Below, in pieces: positions 1 to 7,144 of a stretch of DNA of 10,281 nucleotides. The notes under the pieces are model-generated. The model was given only the letters and a program-made list of their open reading frames with translations. It was not told the DNA's origin and ran no database searches. Position 1 is the first letter of the stretch. Every line of letters starts with the position of its first letter. Source of the DNA: Candidatus Scalinduaceae bacterium. GTDB taxonomy: Bacteria > Planctomycetota > Brocadiia > Brocadiales > Scalinduaceae. The translations under genes were made by a program, and so were the position numbers. The stretch is taken from contig JBHICG010000098.1 in assembly GCA_046759445.1 (NCBI GenBank), positions 1 to 10,281 of the forward strand, written 5' to 3'.

Positions 1-2
1 TG

Positions 3-719
3 ATCTGGGATCTTGGAGATGAAGGCTGGGGCAGTTGGAAGAATGTGAAGTATATCAGGGGTGGTAGATATTTGCCCCCGTTCAGGCATGAAGGTTTTAC
101 AGGTCATCCTGACGAGATTGTAGGAGCAACATCTTCGATTGACAGGGTATGCGGACGTGACCCTGGGTTTGTATTCAGGAGTGAAAATTTCTCTCCTGAG
201 AGATTAGAGGCTCTAATTGCTTACATCAGGTCTCTGGAGTTTACGGGAAGTCCTTTCAGGAACGAAGATGGTTCATTGACGGGTGCACAGAAGAGAGGAT
301 GGAAGGTATTTAGTGATCCGAAGGTTGGATGTATTGAATGTCATCCTGGAGATCCAAAGAATCCGAGAGCATTGTTTAGTGATGCACAGACACATGATGT
401 TGGGACAGGTCGAGTTGGTAAGGATGGATTCAGGACAACCCCCGGCGCTGTATTTAACCAGAGAGCATTGGAAGCAGGAGTTGACCCTTATGGTGAGGAA
501 TACGATGTGCCAATTATAGGTTTGGACCTTGTGAAGGAATTTGATACACCTACGTTGAGGGACATCTATGCATCAGGTACGTATTTCCATGATGGTAGTG
601 CAGAGACCTTGATGGCTACAATAGATAATAGTTGCTCTACAGAGGATATGCATGGAGTTACATCTCATCTTACCAATCAGCAGTTACAGGACCTTGTTGA
701 GTTTATGAAGGCATTATAA
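3..719 (+). CDS. hzsB: Hydrazine synthase diheme (gamma, kuste2860-type, CCP/MauG-like) subunit, 5'-truncated by the window edge; may be the C-terminal half of a Scalindua-type beta-gamma fusion. Called hzsB in the marker-gene literature although it is the gamma subunit structurally.
   Basis: Frame is open from nt 3 (IWDLGDEGWGSWKNVKYIRGGRYLPPFRHEGFTGHPDEIVG), so the GTG at 45 is internal. Contains DRVCGRD (third heme-attached Cys and catalytic Asp of heme gammaI), CIECH (330-344), FDTPTLRD, YFHDG and DMHG. Lies directly upstream of hzsA. Confidence 0.96.
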   Translation: MWDLGDEGWGSWKNVKYIRGGRYLPPFRHEGFTGHPDEIVGATSSIDRVCGRDPGFVFRSENFSPERLEALIAYIRSLEFTGSPFRNEDGSLTGAQKRGWKVFSDPKVGCIECHPGDPKNPRALFSDAQTHDVGTGRVGKDGFRTTPGAVFNQRALEAGVDPYGEEYDVPIIGLDLVKEFDTPTLRDIYASGTYFHDGSAETLMATIDNSCSTEDMHGVTSHLTNQQLQDLVEFMKAL

Positions 720-721
720 AG

Positions 722-774
722 GTTTGTGCGTAGAGAAATAGTCTCCATTTTCATGGAGGCTATTCTCTGCAAAC
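722..774 (+). other. Intercistronic stem-loop between the hzs gamma gene and hzsA
   Basis: AGAGAAATAGTCTCCAT (732-748) pairs with ATGGAGGCTATTCTCT (753-768) with one bulge and one G-U pair; outer GTTTG/CAAAC; no clear U-tract follows. Confidence 0.7.
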
Positions 775-809
775 TTGAATAAGTTTAATTTGTCATAATT
801 TATTTTAAC

Positions 810-822
810 AAAAGGAAAGGAG
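810..822 (+). promoter_or_regulatory. Ribosome binding region of hzsA
   Basis: AAAAGGAAAGGAG ending 11 nt before the ATG at 834, preceded by an AT-rich tract. Confidence 0.8.
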
Positions 823-833
823 TAAACCAACTT

Positions 834-3248
834 ATGAAAAAGAGATTTTTTGCATCAATGGCTTTAGTTGGTATTGTTGCTTTGTGGGGGCTTTTTAGTA
901 GTAATTGCCAGGCACAGGTCATGACTGGTGGTTATAAGCCTGGTGAGCCTATCTGGGGTGATTATTGGGGCATGGCAAGGAAGATTCAGGGAACCATTGA
1001 TAGTGTTGTCTTTACCCAATCAAAACCAACAACGGCAGGCGACCCATATCATCAATACCCGAATTATGTCTCAAATGATAGCAGAATTGTATCATACAAT
1101 ACGAAAACGAGAAGCCTTAAGGTGCTGACCAAAGATTTCAAGAGTGCCTTCGATCCTTGCCTTTACTGGGACTGTTCCAAAGTTGCTTTTGCAGGTGTTC
1201 ACAAGAGCGGTGGTGGCTGCCAGATTTGGGAGATGAATATTGATGGTTCAGGTTTGAGGCAGTTGACGGACTTGCCTGGTACAGTCAGGAGTCCCATTTA
1301 CTATCCCGCTGGCGCTATTGAGGATGGAAAAGGCAGGGTAATATCAAGAGACAGATACTTTGAAGGTGATTGGAGAGTACGTGGTGAGGTTGAAAAGATG
1401 GGTTTCCTGATGTGTATTTATTCTCCAGAGGGGCTGAGAGATGAATTTGGCAGACCATTCGCTTTTGACGTATACAGGCTTGATCCGCAGGGTGGAAAGT
1501 CAATGGATCGTATCTGTGGTCATGTATTAGTAGGTATAGATATGCCAAATCTTAACACTGTTGTTGACCAGATCACTTACAATGTAAGTTCAAATTTTGA
1601 TCCTGCACTGACTCGTGATGGAAACATCTTGTACAGCAGTACACAGGCAAATGGTACTCATAATAATTCTAATGGTAGCACATGCCTGTTAGTTAACAAC
1701 TGGACTGGCGCTTACCCAAGACACATCTATGGCAATGAGACCAGTGAGCAGCCTGATGCTCCAAAGATTCAGGCGAAAGAGTGCTCAGACGGCTATGTAT
1801 ATTACATAGAGGCTCTGGACAGTAATTCTGGTATAGGTAATCTTGCAAGAGTAAGCTGGACGACACCGCATGCAAAGACACAGTCCAGACTGAGCAATGA
1901 TGGAAGACTCTATAGAAGTCCGCATCCAGTGCCGGATGGACGTTTAATGGTTTCTTCTTCTGAAAGACGTGATTTCGGGCTTTATTGGTTCGATAAGGAT
2001 AATGGCACAGTGGGTAAAGTAGTTTATGATGATCCAGAGTGGAATGATCATCAGCCAGAGCCCGTATATACCCGTTATAAACCAAGATGGATAAATGCAT
2101 TTACTGCAGGCGATAGTTTTGGTGTTACAACTGTGACATATCAGCCATTTGACCAGGTTTCGGTTGAAGGATATCCTCACTCATGGAGTACAACCATATG
2201 CTTCGATACGACCTTGACGAATCTGCCAATTGGACCTTATCCTCACCAGAGAACAAAGGTAATGGAACATGGTGATATTAAGGCTATCAGGGTACTTAAT
2301 GCTATAGAGACTATTGAGCCAGATGATAGTAGATTTATCATGGGCGCTGGTAGTCATCTTTTGGGTGGAGCCAAATCAAGCAGTAATAGTGGTACTTCGT
2401 TCTCACAAAGACGTATGTTCGGTTACCAGTATGTTGAAGATGATGGTTCTGTCGTAAGCTCACATCCTGGAGACGAGCCTTACTGCACACAGATTCTGGA
2501 TGACAGAGGTATGTCAGTACAGACTCAGTTAGCCTGGGCCTATGTAAGGCCTTATGGTGGCAGGATATGTACTGGATGTCATTGGGGTTCTTATGATAAG
2601 AAAGGTTACCTCAATATACATACAAAGGCTCTCTACAACTGGTGGTTCAGCGATTTGAGCCATTATGATTCTCCGTTTATGTGGGCAAATCTGAAACTTG
2701 ATAAAAAGGGTAGATATGCCGGTGTAAAACACGGAGAAGACGTTGTTGTTCCATCTGACGTTTATTATGGTGGTCCTTCTGGTACAACCTCTGCTGAGGT
2801 TGAAGGTCTGAATATTGACAAGCTGAGAACAATAGATTTCAGAAGAGATTTGCAACCTATAATAGACGAAAAATGTGCTTCATGTCACGGTGTGACTCAA
2901 GCGCCTAATCTGAGTGGTAGCACGAAGCTGGTATCTGTTAGTGGTATAGCCGCATACAGCAAGGCTTATAACAGCTTACTGGCGCCTCAGTTGGGTAAGG
3001 ATAAGAATATTGGTGGTAGATACGTAAATCCAAGTTCTGCAATCAATAGTTTGCTTATCTGGCGTCTATATGAGGAACCTTTATCACAGTTTGGATCGAG
3101 AGAGAATCCTTTCCCATTAGAAGGAAGGGTTATGCACAACAAGATTTTGACACCAGAGGAAAGGTTCATGTTTGTAGAATGGGTAGATTTGGGTGCGCAG
3201 TGGGATAACATTCAGGGCCCAGACCCTTACCCTGGTTATCATAGATAA
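834..3248 (+). CDS. hzsA: Hydrazine synthase alpha subunit (kuste2861-type)
   Basis: 804 aa; Sec signal peptide ending CQA|QVMTGG; beta-propeller N-terminal region; heme alphaI motif CTGCHWGSY (2568-2594) with the Tyr ligand; heme alphaII CASCH (2874-2888); conserved YKPRWIN, VEGYPHSW, SSSNSGT and GAQWDNI segments. Confidence 0.98.
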   Translation: MKKRFFASMALVGIVALWGLFSSNCQAQVMTGGYKPGEPIWGDYWGMARKIQGTIDSVVFTQSKPTTAGDPYHQYPNYVSNDSRIVSYNTKTRSLKVLTKDFKSAFDPCLYWDCSKVAFAGVHKSGGGCQIWEMNIDGSGLRQLTDLPGTVRSPIYYPAGAIEDGKGRVISRDRYFEGDWRVRGEVEKMGFLMCIYSPEGLRDEFGRPFAFDVYRLDPQGGKSMDRICGHVLVGIDMPNLNTVVDQITYNVSSNFDPALTRDGNILYSSTQANGTHNNSNGSTCLLVNNWTGAYPRHIYGNETSEQPDAPKIQAKECSDGYVYYIEALDSNSGIGNLARVSWTTPHAKTQSRLSNDGRLYRSPHPVPDGRLMVSSSERRDFGLYWFDKDNGTVGKVVYDDPEWNDHQPEPVYTRYKPRWINAFTAGDSFGVTTVTYQPFDQVSVEGYPHSWSTTICFDTTLTNLPIGPYPHQRTKVMEHGDIKAIRVLNAIETIEPDDSRFIMGAGSHLLGGAKSSSNSGTSFSQRRMFGYQYVEDDGSVVSSHPGDEPYCTQILDDRGMSVQTQLAWAYVRPYGGRICTGCHWGSYDKKGYLNIHTKALYNWWFSDLSHYDSPFMWANLKLDKKGRYAGVKHGEDVVVPSDVYYGGPSGTTSAEVEGLNIDKLRTIDFRRDLQPIIDEKCASCHGVTQAPNLSGSTKLVSVSGIAAYSKAYNSLLAPQLGKDKNIGGRYVNPSSAINSLLIWRLYEEPLSQFGSRENPFPLEGRVMHNKILTPEERFMFVEWVDLGAQWDNIQGPDPYPGYHR

Positions 3249-3287
3249 GAATCAAAATAGATTCCTTATCTAATAAGCTTTACTTAC

Positions 3288-3327
3288 AAGCTGGCATAGC
3301 CATAAATAGCTATGCCAGCTTTTTTTT
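3288..3327 (+). terminator. Rho-independent terminator after hzsA
   Basis: Perfect 13-bp stem AAGCTGGCATAGC/GCTATGCCAGCTT, 8-nt loop, T run 3320-3327. Confidence 0.92.
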
Positions 3328-3350
3328 GTATTAATATTTGCAAAAACTTA

Positions 3351-3378
3351 TTGACAAGTAAACGCTTATAAGTATAAT
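3351..3378 (+). promoter_or_regulatory. Sigma70-type promoter for the hydroxylamine oxidase gene
   Basis: Exact TTGACA (3351-3356) and TATAAT (3373-3378) with a 16-nt spacer, immediately after the hzsA terminator, with AT-rich upstream sequence. Confidence 0.8.
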
Positions 3379-3462
3379 TCAAACACTAAATTGAAGGGAG
3401 GTGATGTGTCTTTAATCAACGTTATTTGTATAATGATATATAAATAATTTTCAAATTAATAT

Positions 3463-3475
3463 AAAAGGAAAGGAG
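3463..3475 (+). promoter_or_regulatory. Ribosome binding region of hao/hox
   Basis: AAAAGGAAAGGAG ending 10 nt before the ATG at 3486; same 13-mer as in front of hzsA. Confidence 0.8.
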
Positions 3476-3485
3476 AAAACAAAGT

Positions 3486-5051
3486 ATGACCGATATAGTA
3501 CGAAGATTTACGGCATGTGCGGGTATAATAATAATGGTTACGGCATGTGCGTTTACATCAGCGAGTTTTTGTAAAAACGTATATGCAGAAGAGGCTGCTC
3601 CCACGTTTCAGGATGTGGCATCTTCGATTTATGGACAGGCTGTAGGAAATGATGATTCTGGCGAGAATTATGTTTTTGGATTAACAGCAAAGTATACAGG
3701 AGTAGAGGATGCGATACCGGGCGAAGGTAAGTTTAAAAATATATTTTATTACTTACCGGTAACTGCTATGTACTATAATCCTGAAGATTACTACGTATCA
3801 TCTCAGGCGGTTGAGGGTGAATTCAAGACAGAGGAATGTATTTTGTGTCATACCGTGCAGACACCCAGAATCGTCGTTGACTGGAAAGAGAGTAAGCACT
3901 CAAAGAGTGGCAAGACAGATGCGATGGAAAAGGAACAGGTAGTTGGTTGTGATTCATGTCATGGTAAAAATCACCAACAATTAAGAATGCCTAGCCACAA
4001 TACTTGCGGTAAATGTCATACAAAGGAACACGGCGAGCATCTAAGTGGTGGACAGGGATCACATCAACCCACTCATATATGGGACGTTTCGGTTACTGAA
4101 TTTGCATGGCAGATTGGAAAACCGGGTGAAGAAGTAGCTGGATGTGCACAGTGTCATGGTATCGCTGGAAACAGGTGTGATGGGTGTCATACCAGGCATC
4201 AATTTAAGTCTTCAGAGGCCAGGAAACCTGATAACTGTGGTGTTTGTCATATGGGTGTTGACCATTATGAATATGAGTTCTGGTACAACTCATATCACGG
4301 AAAGATATATATGATGGAAGGTGATACATGGGATTGGGATAAGAAGATGAAACCTCAGAATTACCGGGTACCAACTTGTGCATACTGCCATATGGGAGAA
4401 AATGGCAATCACAATGTACAGAATGCTTCAACTGAATATGCACACATGGGTATGTTTCAGCTTGACAGGGGAGCTCCGAAACATAAGGCAAAGAGAGATG
4501 CATGGATAAAGAAGTGTCAGGGATGTCATTCTCCGCGCTGGGCGAAGATGCAACTAGACGCTATGGATGAACAGATAAACATTAGTTTTACAAAATGGCG
4601 TGAGGCAGTTAACATAATCGTTGGTTTGTACCTGGAAGGATTGCTAGATCCAATGCCGGCTGACCTGGCGCCTGACTGGACTGGTGGTCACACGATGAAT
4701 CTGTTACCGGGCGGCGCTCCAAGGTTCTATAACGTATCAGATATAGAGAGAATGGCTGTGGAGATGATCGTTTACCAGGTAACCGCAGTTTACAAGGCAG
4801 CAGCGCATTTCTCTATTGATGATGTTACTTATAACAAGGGTGCGTTCCCGATGGATAGAACGCTCGTAGAGATAAAGTCTGAAGCTTCTAAGCTTAGAAG
4901 GATTGCGACCCTTGAAAAAGAGGTCGGCATAGAGCATCAGGCATTTGATTTCTGGAAACATGGTGAATACACAGATTTGCTTACTGGTTATAAGAGAAAA
5001 GAAGGTGATTATGATCCAGATGATCCTGGTGCCGGTGGTGGGCATCATTAA
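3486..5051 (+). CDS. hao: Octaheme HAO-family hydroxylamine oxidase (HOX, kustc1061-like, NO-forming)
   Basis: 521 aa; signal peptide ending VYA|EEAAPTFQDVAS; eight CxxCH motifs (CILCH, CDSCH, CGKCH, CAQCH, CDGCH, CGVCH, CAYCH, CQGCH); catalytic Asp-His pair D259/H260 (GVDH); candidate P460 cross-link Tyr449 (DVTYNKG, 4830-4832); HOX-like segments MGMFQLDRGAPKHKAKRD, LLPGGAPRFY and FWKHGEY. Confidence 0.93.
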   Translation: MTDIVRRFTACAGIIIMVTACAFTSASFCKNVYAEEAAPTFQDVASSIYGQAVGNDDSGENYVFGLTAKYTGVEDAIPGEGKFKNIFYYLPVTAMYYNPEDYYVSSQAVEGEFKTEECILCHTVQTPRIVVDWKESKHSKSGKTDAMEKEQVVGCDSCHGKNHQQLRMPSHNTCGKCHTKEHGEHLSGGQGSHQPTHIWDVSVTEFAWQIGKPGEEVAGCAQCHGIAGNRCDGCHTRHQFKSSEARKPDNCGVCHMGVDHYEYEFWYNSYHGKIYMMEGDTWDWDKKMKPQNYRVPTCAYCHMGENGNHNVQNASTEYAHMGMFQLDRGAPKHKAKRDAWIKKCQGCHSPRWAKMQLDAMDEQINISFTKWREAVNIIVGLYLEGLLDPMPADLAPDWTGGHTMNLLPGGAPRFYNVSDIERMAVEMIVYQVTAVYKAAAHFSIDDVTYNKGAFPMDRTLVEIKSEASKLRRIATLEKEVGIEHQAFDFWKHGEYTDLLTGYKRKEGDYDPDDPGAGGGHH

Positions 5052-5081
5052 TTTATTGTGAGTAACTTAGTAGTATTGAGG

Positions 5082-5121
5082 AGGGTAGCACGGATGTTTT
5101 AAATCTGTGCTACCCTTTTTT
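5082..5121 (+). terminator. Rho-independent terminator after hao/hox
   Basis: AGGGTAGCACGGAT (5082-5095) pairs with ATCTGTGCTACCCT (5103-5116), one G-U pair, followed by a T run to 5121. Confidence 0.88.
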
Positions 5122-5142
5122 ATGTTAGAGGAGAATTGATGT

Positions 5143-6384
5143 ATGAAGATTGTCGAAATCGATGATACCCATATAAAGGAAACATTAAGAGAAAAAGGTC
5201 TTCCCGATGCAAGTGGGCACTTTGGTATATACGGCGGAAGGTTTGTTCCAGAAACCCTTATGCCGGCACTAGAACAACTGGAGAAAGAGTATCTAAGGGC
5301 TAAGGAAGACTCAAAATTTGATGAGGAATTAAGATATTACTTAAAGGATTACGTAGGGAGACCATCGCCTCTATATTTTGCAAAAAGACTAACCAAGAAA
5401 TTAAACGGACCAAAAATTTATTTAAAGAGAGAAGACCTTAATCATACTGGCGCACATAAGATTAATAATACATTGGGACAGGTGTTGCTTGCCATTAGAA
5501 TGGGAAAGGAGCGAATTATTGCTGAAACAGGCGCCGGGCAGCACGGTGTTGCCACGGCAACCGCAGCCGCCATGTTTGGTATGAAGTGTGAAGTATACAT
5601 GGGTGAAGAGGACATGCGACGCCAGTCTTTAAATGTGTTTAGAATGAGATTGCTTGGAGCAAATGTAATTCCCGTAAAAACAGGTTCGAAAACACTCAAA
5701 GACGCAACAAACGAAGCGCTAAGAGACTGGATGTCATCAGTAAGAAATACACACTACATAATTGGCTCCGTTGTAGGCCCGCATCCATACCCAAAGATGG
5801 TGAGGGATTTCCAGGCCATAATAGGTCTGGAAGTAAAGAAACAAATTCAAGAGGCAGAAGGAAAATTACCAGATTATTTAATAGCATGTGTTGGTGGTGG
5901 TAGTAATGCAATAGGAATTTTTTATCCTTTTATTGAAGATACAGATGTAAAATTAATAGGGGTGGAAGCCGGAGGGTTTGGCTTTAATGTTGGAGAACAT
6001 GCTTCATCGCTTTCAAAAGGTGAAAGGGGTATACTTCATGGCAGTTTAAGCTATGTCTTGCAAGATGAAGATGGGCAGACATCTCAGGTTCACTCAATTT
6101 CTGCGGGCCTGGATTATCCGGGAGTTGGTCCAGAACATAGCTATTTAAAAGATACAAAGAGGGCTGAATACGTTTCTGTTACAGATGATGAGGCTGTAGA
6201 TGCATTCAGCTTATGTGCACATTTAGAAGGCATAATCCCGGCCCTTGAGGCAGCTCATGCTATAGCGTATGCGGTTAAGTTTGTTCCATCGGTTGACAAA
6301 GATAAAGTTATTGTACTAAATCTTTCAGGAAGTGGAGACAAGGATTCCCATGAGGTTGCCAAAAAGTTGGGAATGGATCTGTAA
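5143..6384 (+). CDS. trpB: Tryptophan synthase beta chain
   Basis: 413 aa; [30 protein letters not shown] (PLP lysine), [44 protein letters not shown] at 5128-5133. Confidence 0.98.
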   Translation: MKIVEIDDTHIKETLREKGLPDASGHFGIYGGRFVPETLMPALEQLEKEYLRAKEDSKFDEELRYYLKDYVGRPSPLYFAKRLTKKLNGPKIYLKREDLNHTGAHKINNTLGQVLLAIRMGKERIIAETGAGQHGVATATAAAMFGMKCEVYMGEEDMRRQSLNVFRMRLLGANVIPVKTGSKTLKDATNEALRDWMSSVRNTHYIIGSVVGPHPYPKMVRDFQAIIGLEVKKQIQEAEGKLPDYLIACVGGGSNAIGIFYPFIEDTDVKLIGVEAGGFGFNVGEHASSLSKGERGILHGSLSYVLQDEDGQTSQVHSISAGLDYPGVGPEHSYLKDTKRAEYVSVTDDEAVDAFSLCAHLEGIIPALEAAHAIAYAVKFVPSVDKDKVIVLNLSGSGDKDSHEVAKKLGMDL

Positions 6385-6410
6385 TTTAATGTCTGGGAAT
6401 TTCAAAGATA

Positions 6411-6442
6411 AGATTCTTCGTCACTCCGTTCCTCAGATGACA
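6411..6442 (-). repeat. Single copy (half element) of a TGTC/CGTC-tagged palindromic repeat
   Basis: Minus strand reads TGTCATCTGAGGAACGGAGTGACGAAGAATCT, resembling the widespread TGTCATTCTGAG..GAAGAATCT extragenic repeat family as recalled; only one copy in the window. Confidence 0.55.
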
Positions 6443-6456
6443 TCGTGGTGATAAAA

Positions 6457-6482
6457 GTAGGCAACGAGGTTTTACCTCGTTG
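6457..6482 (+). repeat. GTAG-type REP 1, upstream of RAYT
   Basis: GTAG-G-CAACGAGG-TTTTA-CCTCGTTG; 26 nt with a perfect 8-bp stem. Confidence 0.92.
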
Positions 6483-6508
6483 ACATGTTTGTTAATATGG
6501 ATCTTTCA

Positions 6509-6997
6509 ATGCCAATATACACTAAAAGAAGAAACATAAGACTCAATAAAATGGCGTATCAAGGACCCCTTACAATAGCCCTGACCCTTTGCTTTTACAA
6601 AGGTATAGATGTTATCGAGGCGGATTTATCTGATAAAGTCTTAGAAGTTATTAATTATGTTAAAGGCAAATACGACCTTGATATCTATGCCTATTGTTTA
6701 ATGCCTGACCATTTACATTTATTAGTTAGTCTTAAGGATGATAAACGTAATATATTGGATATTGTCAAACATTTCAAAAGTAAGGTCTCATTTGAATTAA
6801 AGGGAATGTATACGGCAAAACAATTATGGCAGGATAGATTTTACGACCATGTTTTGCGAAAGGATGAAGATATTTATAAACAAGCAAGATATATTTTGGA
6901 AAACCCAGTGCGTAAGGGTCTGGTTATGGATTTTATGGAATATAAATGCATGAGAGGTCTTTATTTTGAGGAATTAAAGAATGCGCATTTGATGTAG
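6509..6997 (+). mobile_element. REP-associated tyrosine transposase (RAYT/TnpA-REP, IS200/IS605-related Y1 HUH nuclease); start could be 6485, 6497 or 6509
   Basis: N-terminal RRNIRL..Y; HUH motif YCLMPDHLHLL (His at 6710 and 6716); LWQDRFYDHVLR; catalytic Tyr in YILENPVRKGLV (6890-6892); GTAG palindromes on both sides; no tnpB. Confidence 0.92.
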
Positions 6998-7049
6998 ACA
7001 ACGATGTTTACCATCGTTGAAATCAACGGACGTAAAGTCCGTTGTCTAC
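6994..7049. repeat. REP doublet (REPIN/BIME-like) 1: REP2 (+, 6994-7019) and REP3 (-, 7024-7049)
   Basis: REP2 GTAG-A-CAACGATG-TTTAC-CATCGTTG; REP3 on the minus strand GTAG-A-CAACGGAC-TTTAC-GTCCGTTG; 4-nt spacer. Confidence 0.93.
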
Positions 7050-7067
7050 CGTGAAAGCGGACCTCGG

Positions 7068-7122
7068 GTAGACAACGAGGTTTTACCTCGTTGATTCAAC
7101 GAACATGAAGTTCGTTGTCTAC
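7068..7122. repeat. REP doublet (REPIN/BIME-like) 2: REP4 (+, 7068-7093) and REP5 (-, 7097-7122)
   Basis: REP4 GTAG-A-CAACGAGG-TTTTA-CCTCGTTG; REP5 on the minus strand GTAG-A-CAACGAAC-TTCAT-GTTCGTTG; 3-nt spacer. Confidence 0.93.
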
Positions 7123-7144
7123 TGACTTTTACGAGGATATTAAT

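Noticed and set aside
3486..5051. Hydrazine dehydrogenase (hdh/hzo) assignment
   Set aside because: No CxxxxCH heme variant or HDH-type CHWGKDH segment; the sequence follows the kustc1061/HOX pattern.
5052..5142. trp attenuator upstream of trpB
   Set aside because: No Trp-codon leader peptide or T-box; the hairpin is explained as the hao terminator.
6480..6510. TTGACA formed at the end of REP1 as a RAYT promoter
   Set aside because: No acceptable -10 hexamer at 16-18 nt spacing.
6994..7122. CRISPR array
   Set aside because: Units alternate in orientation, spacers are only 3-18 nt, and the adjacent gene is a RAYT with no cas genes; this fits REP doublets.
6485..7122. IS200/IS605 element with tnpB or omegaRNA
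   Set aside because: No tnpB or iscB ORF; the protein has RAYT-type WQ..FYDH and Y..ENP motifs and multiple GTAG REPs instead of single left and right ends.
7115..7144. TTG start of the 104-aa track ORF
   Set aside because: It lies inside REP5; the ATG at 7145 has an RBS.
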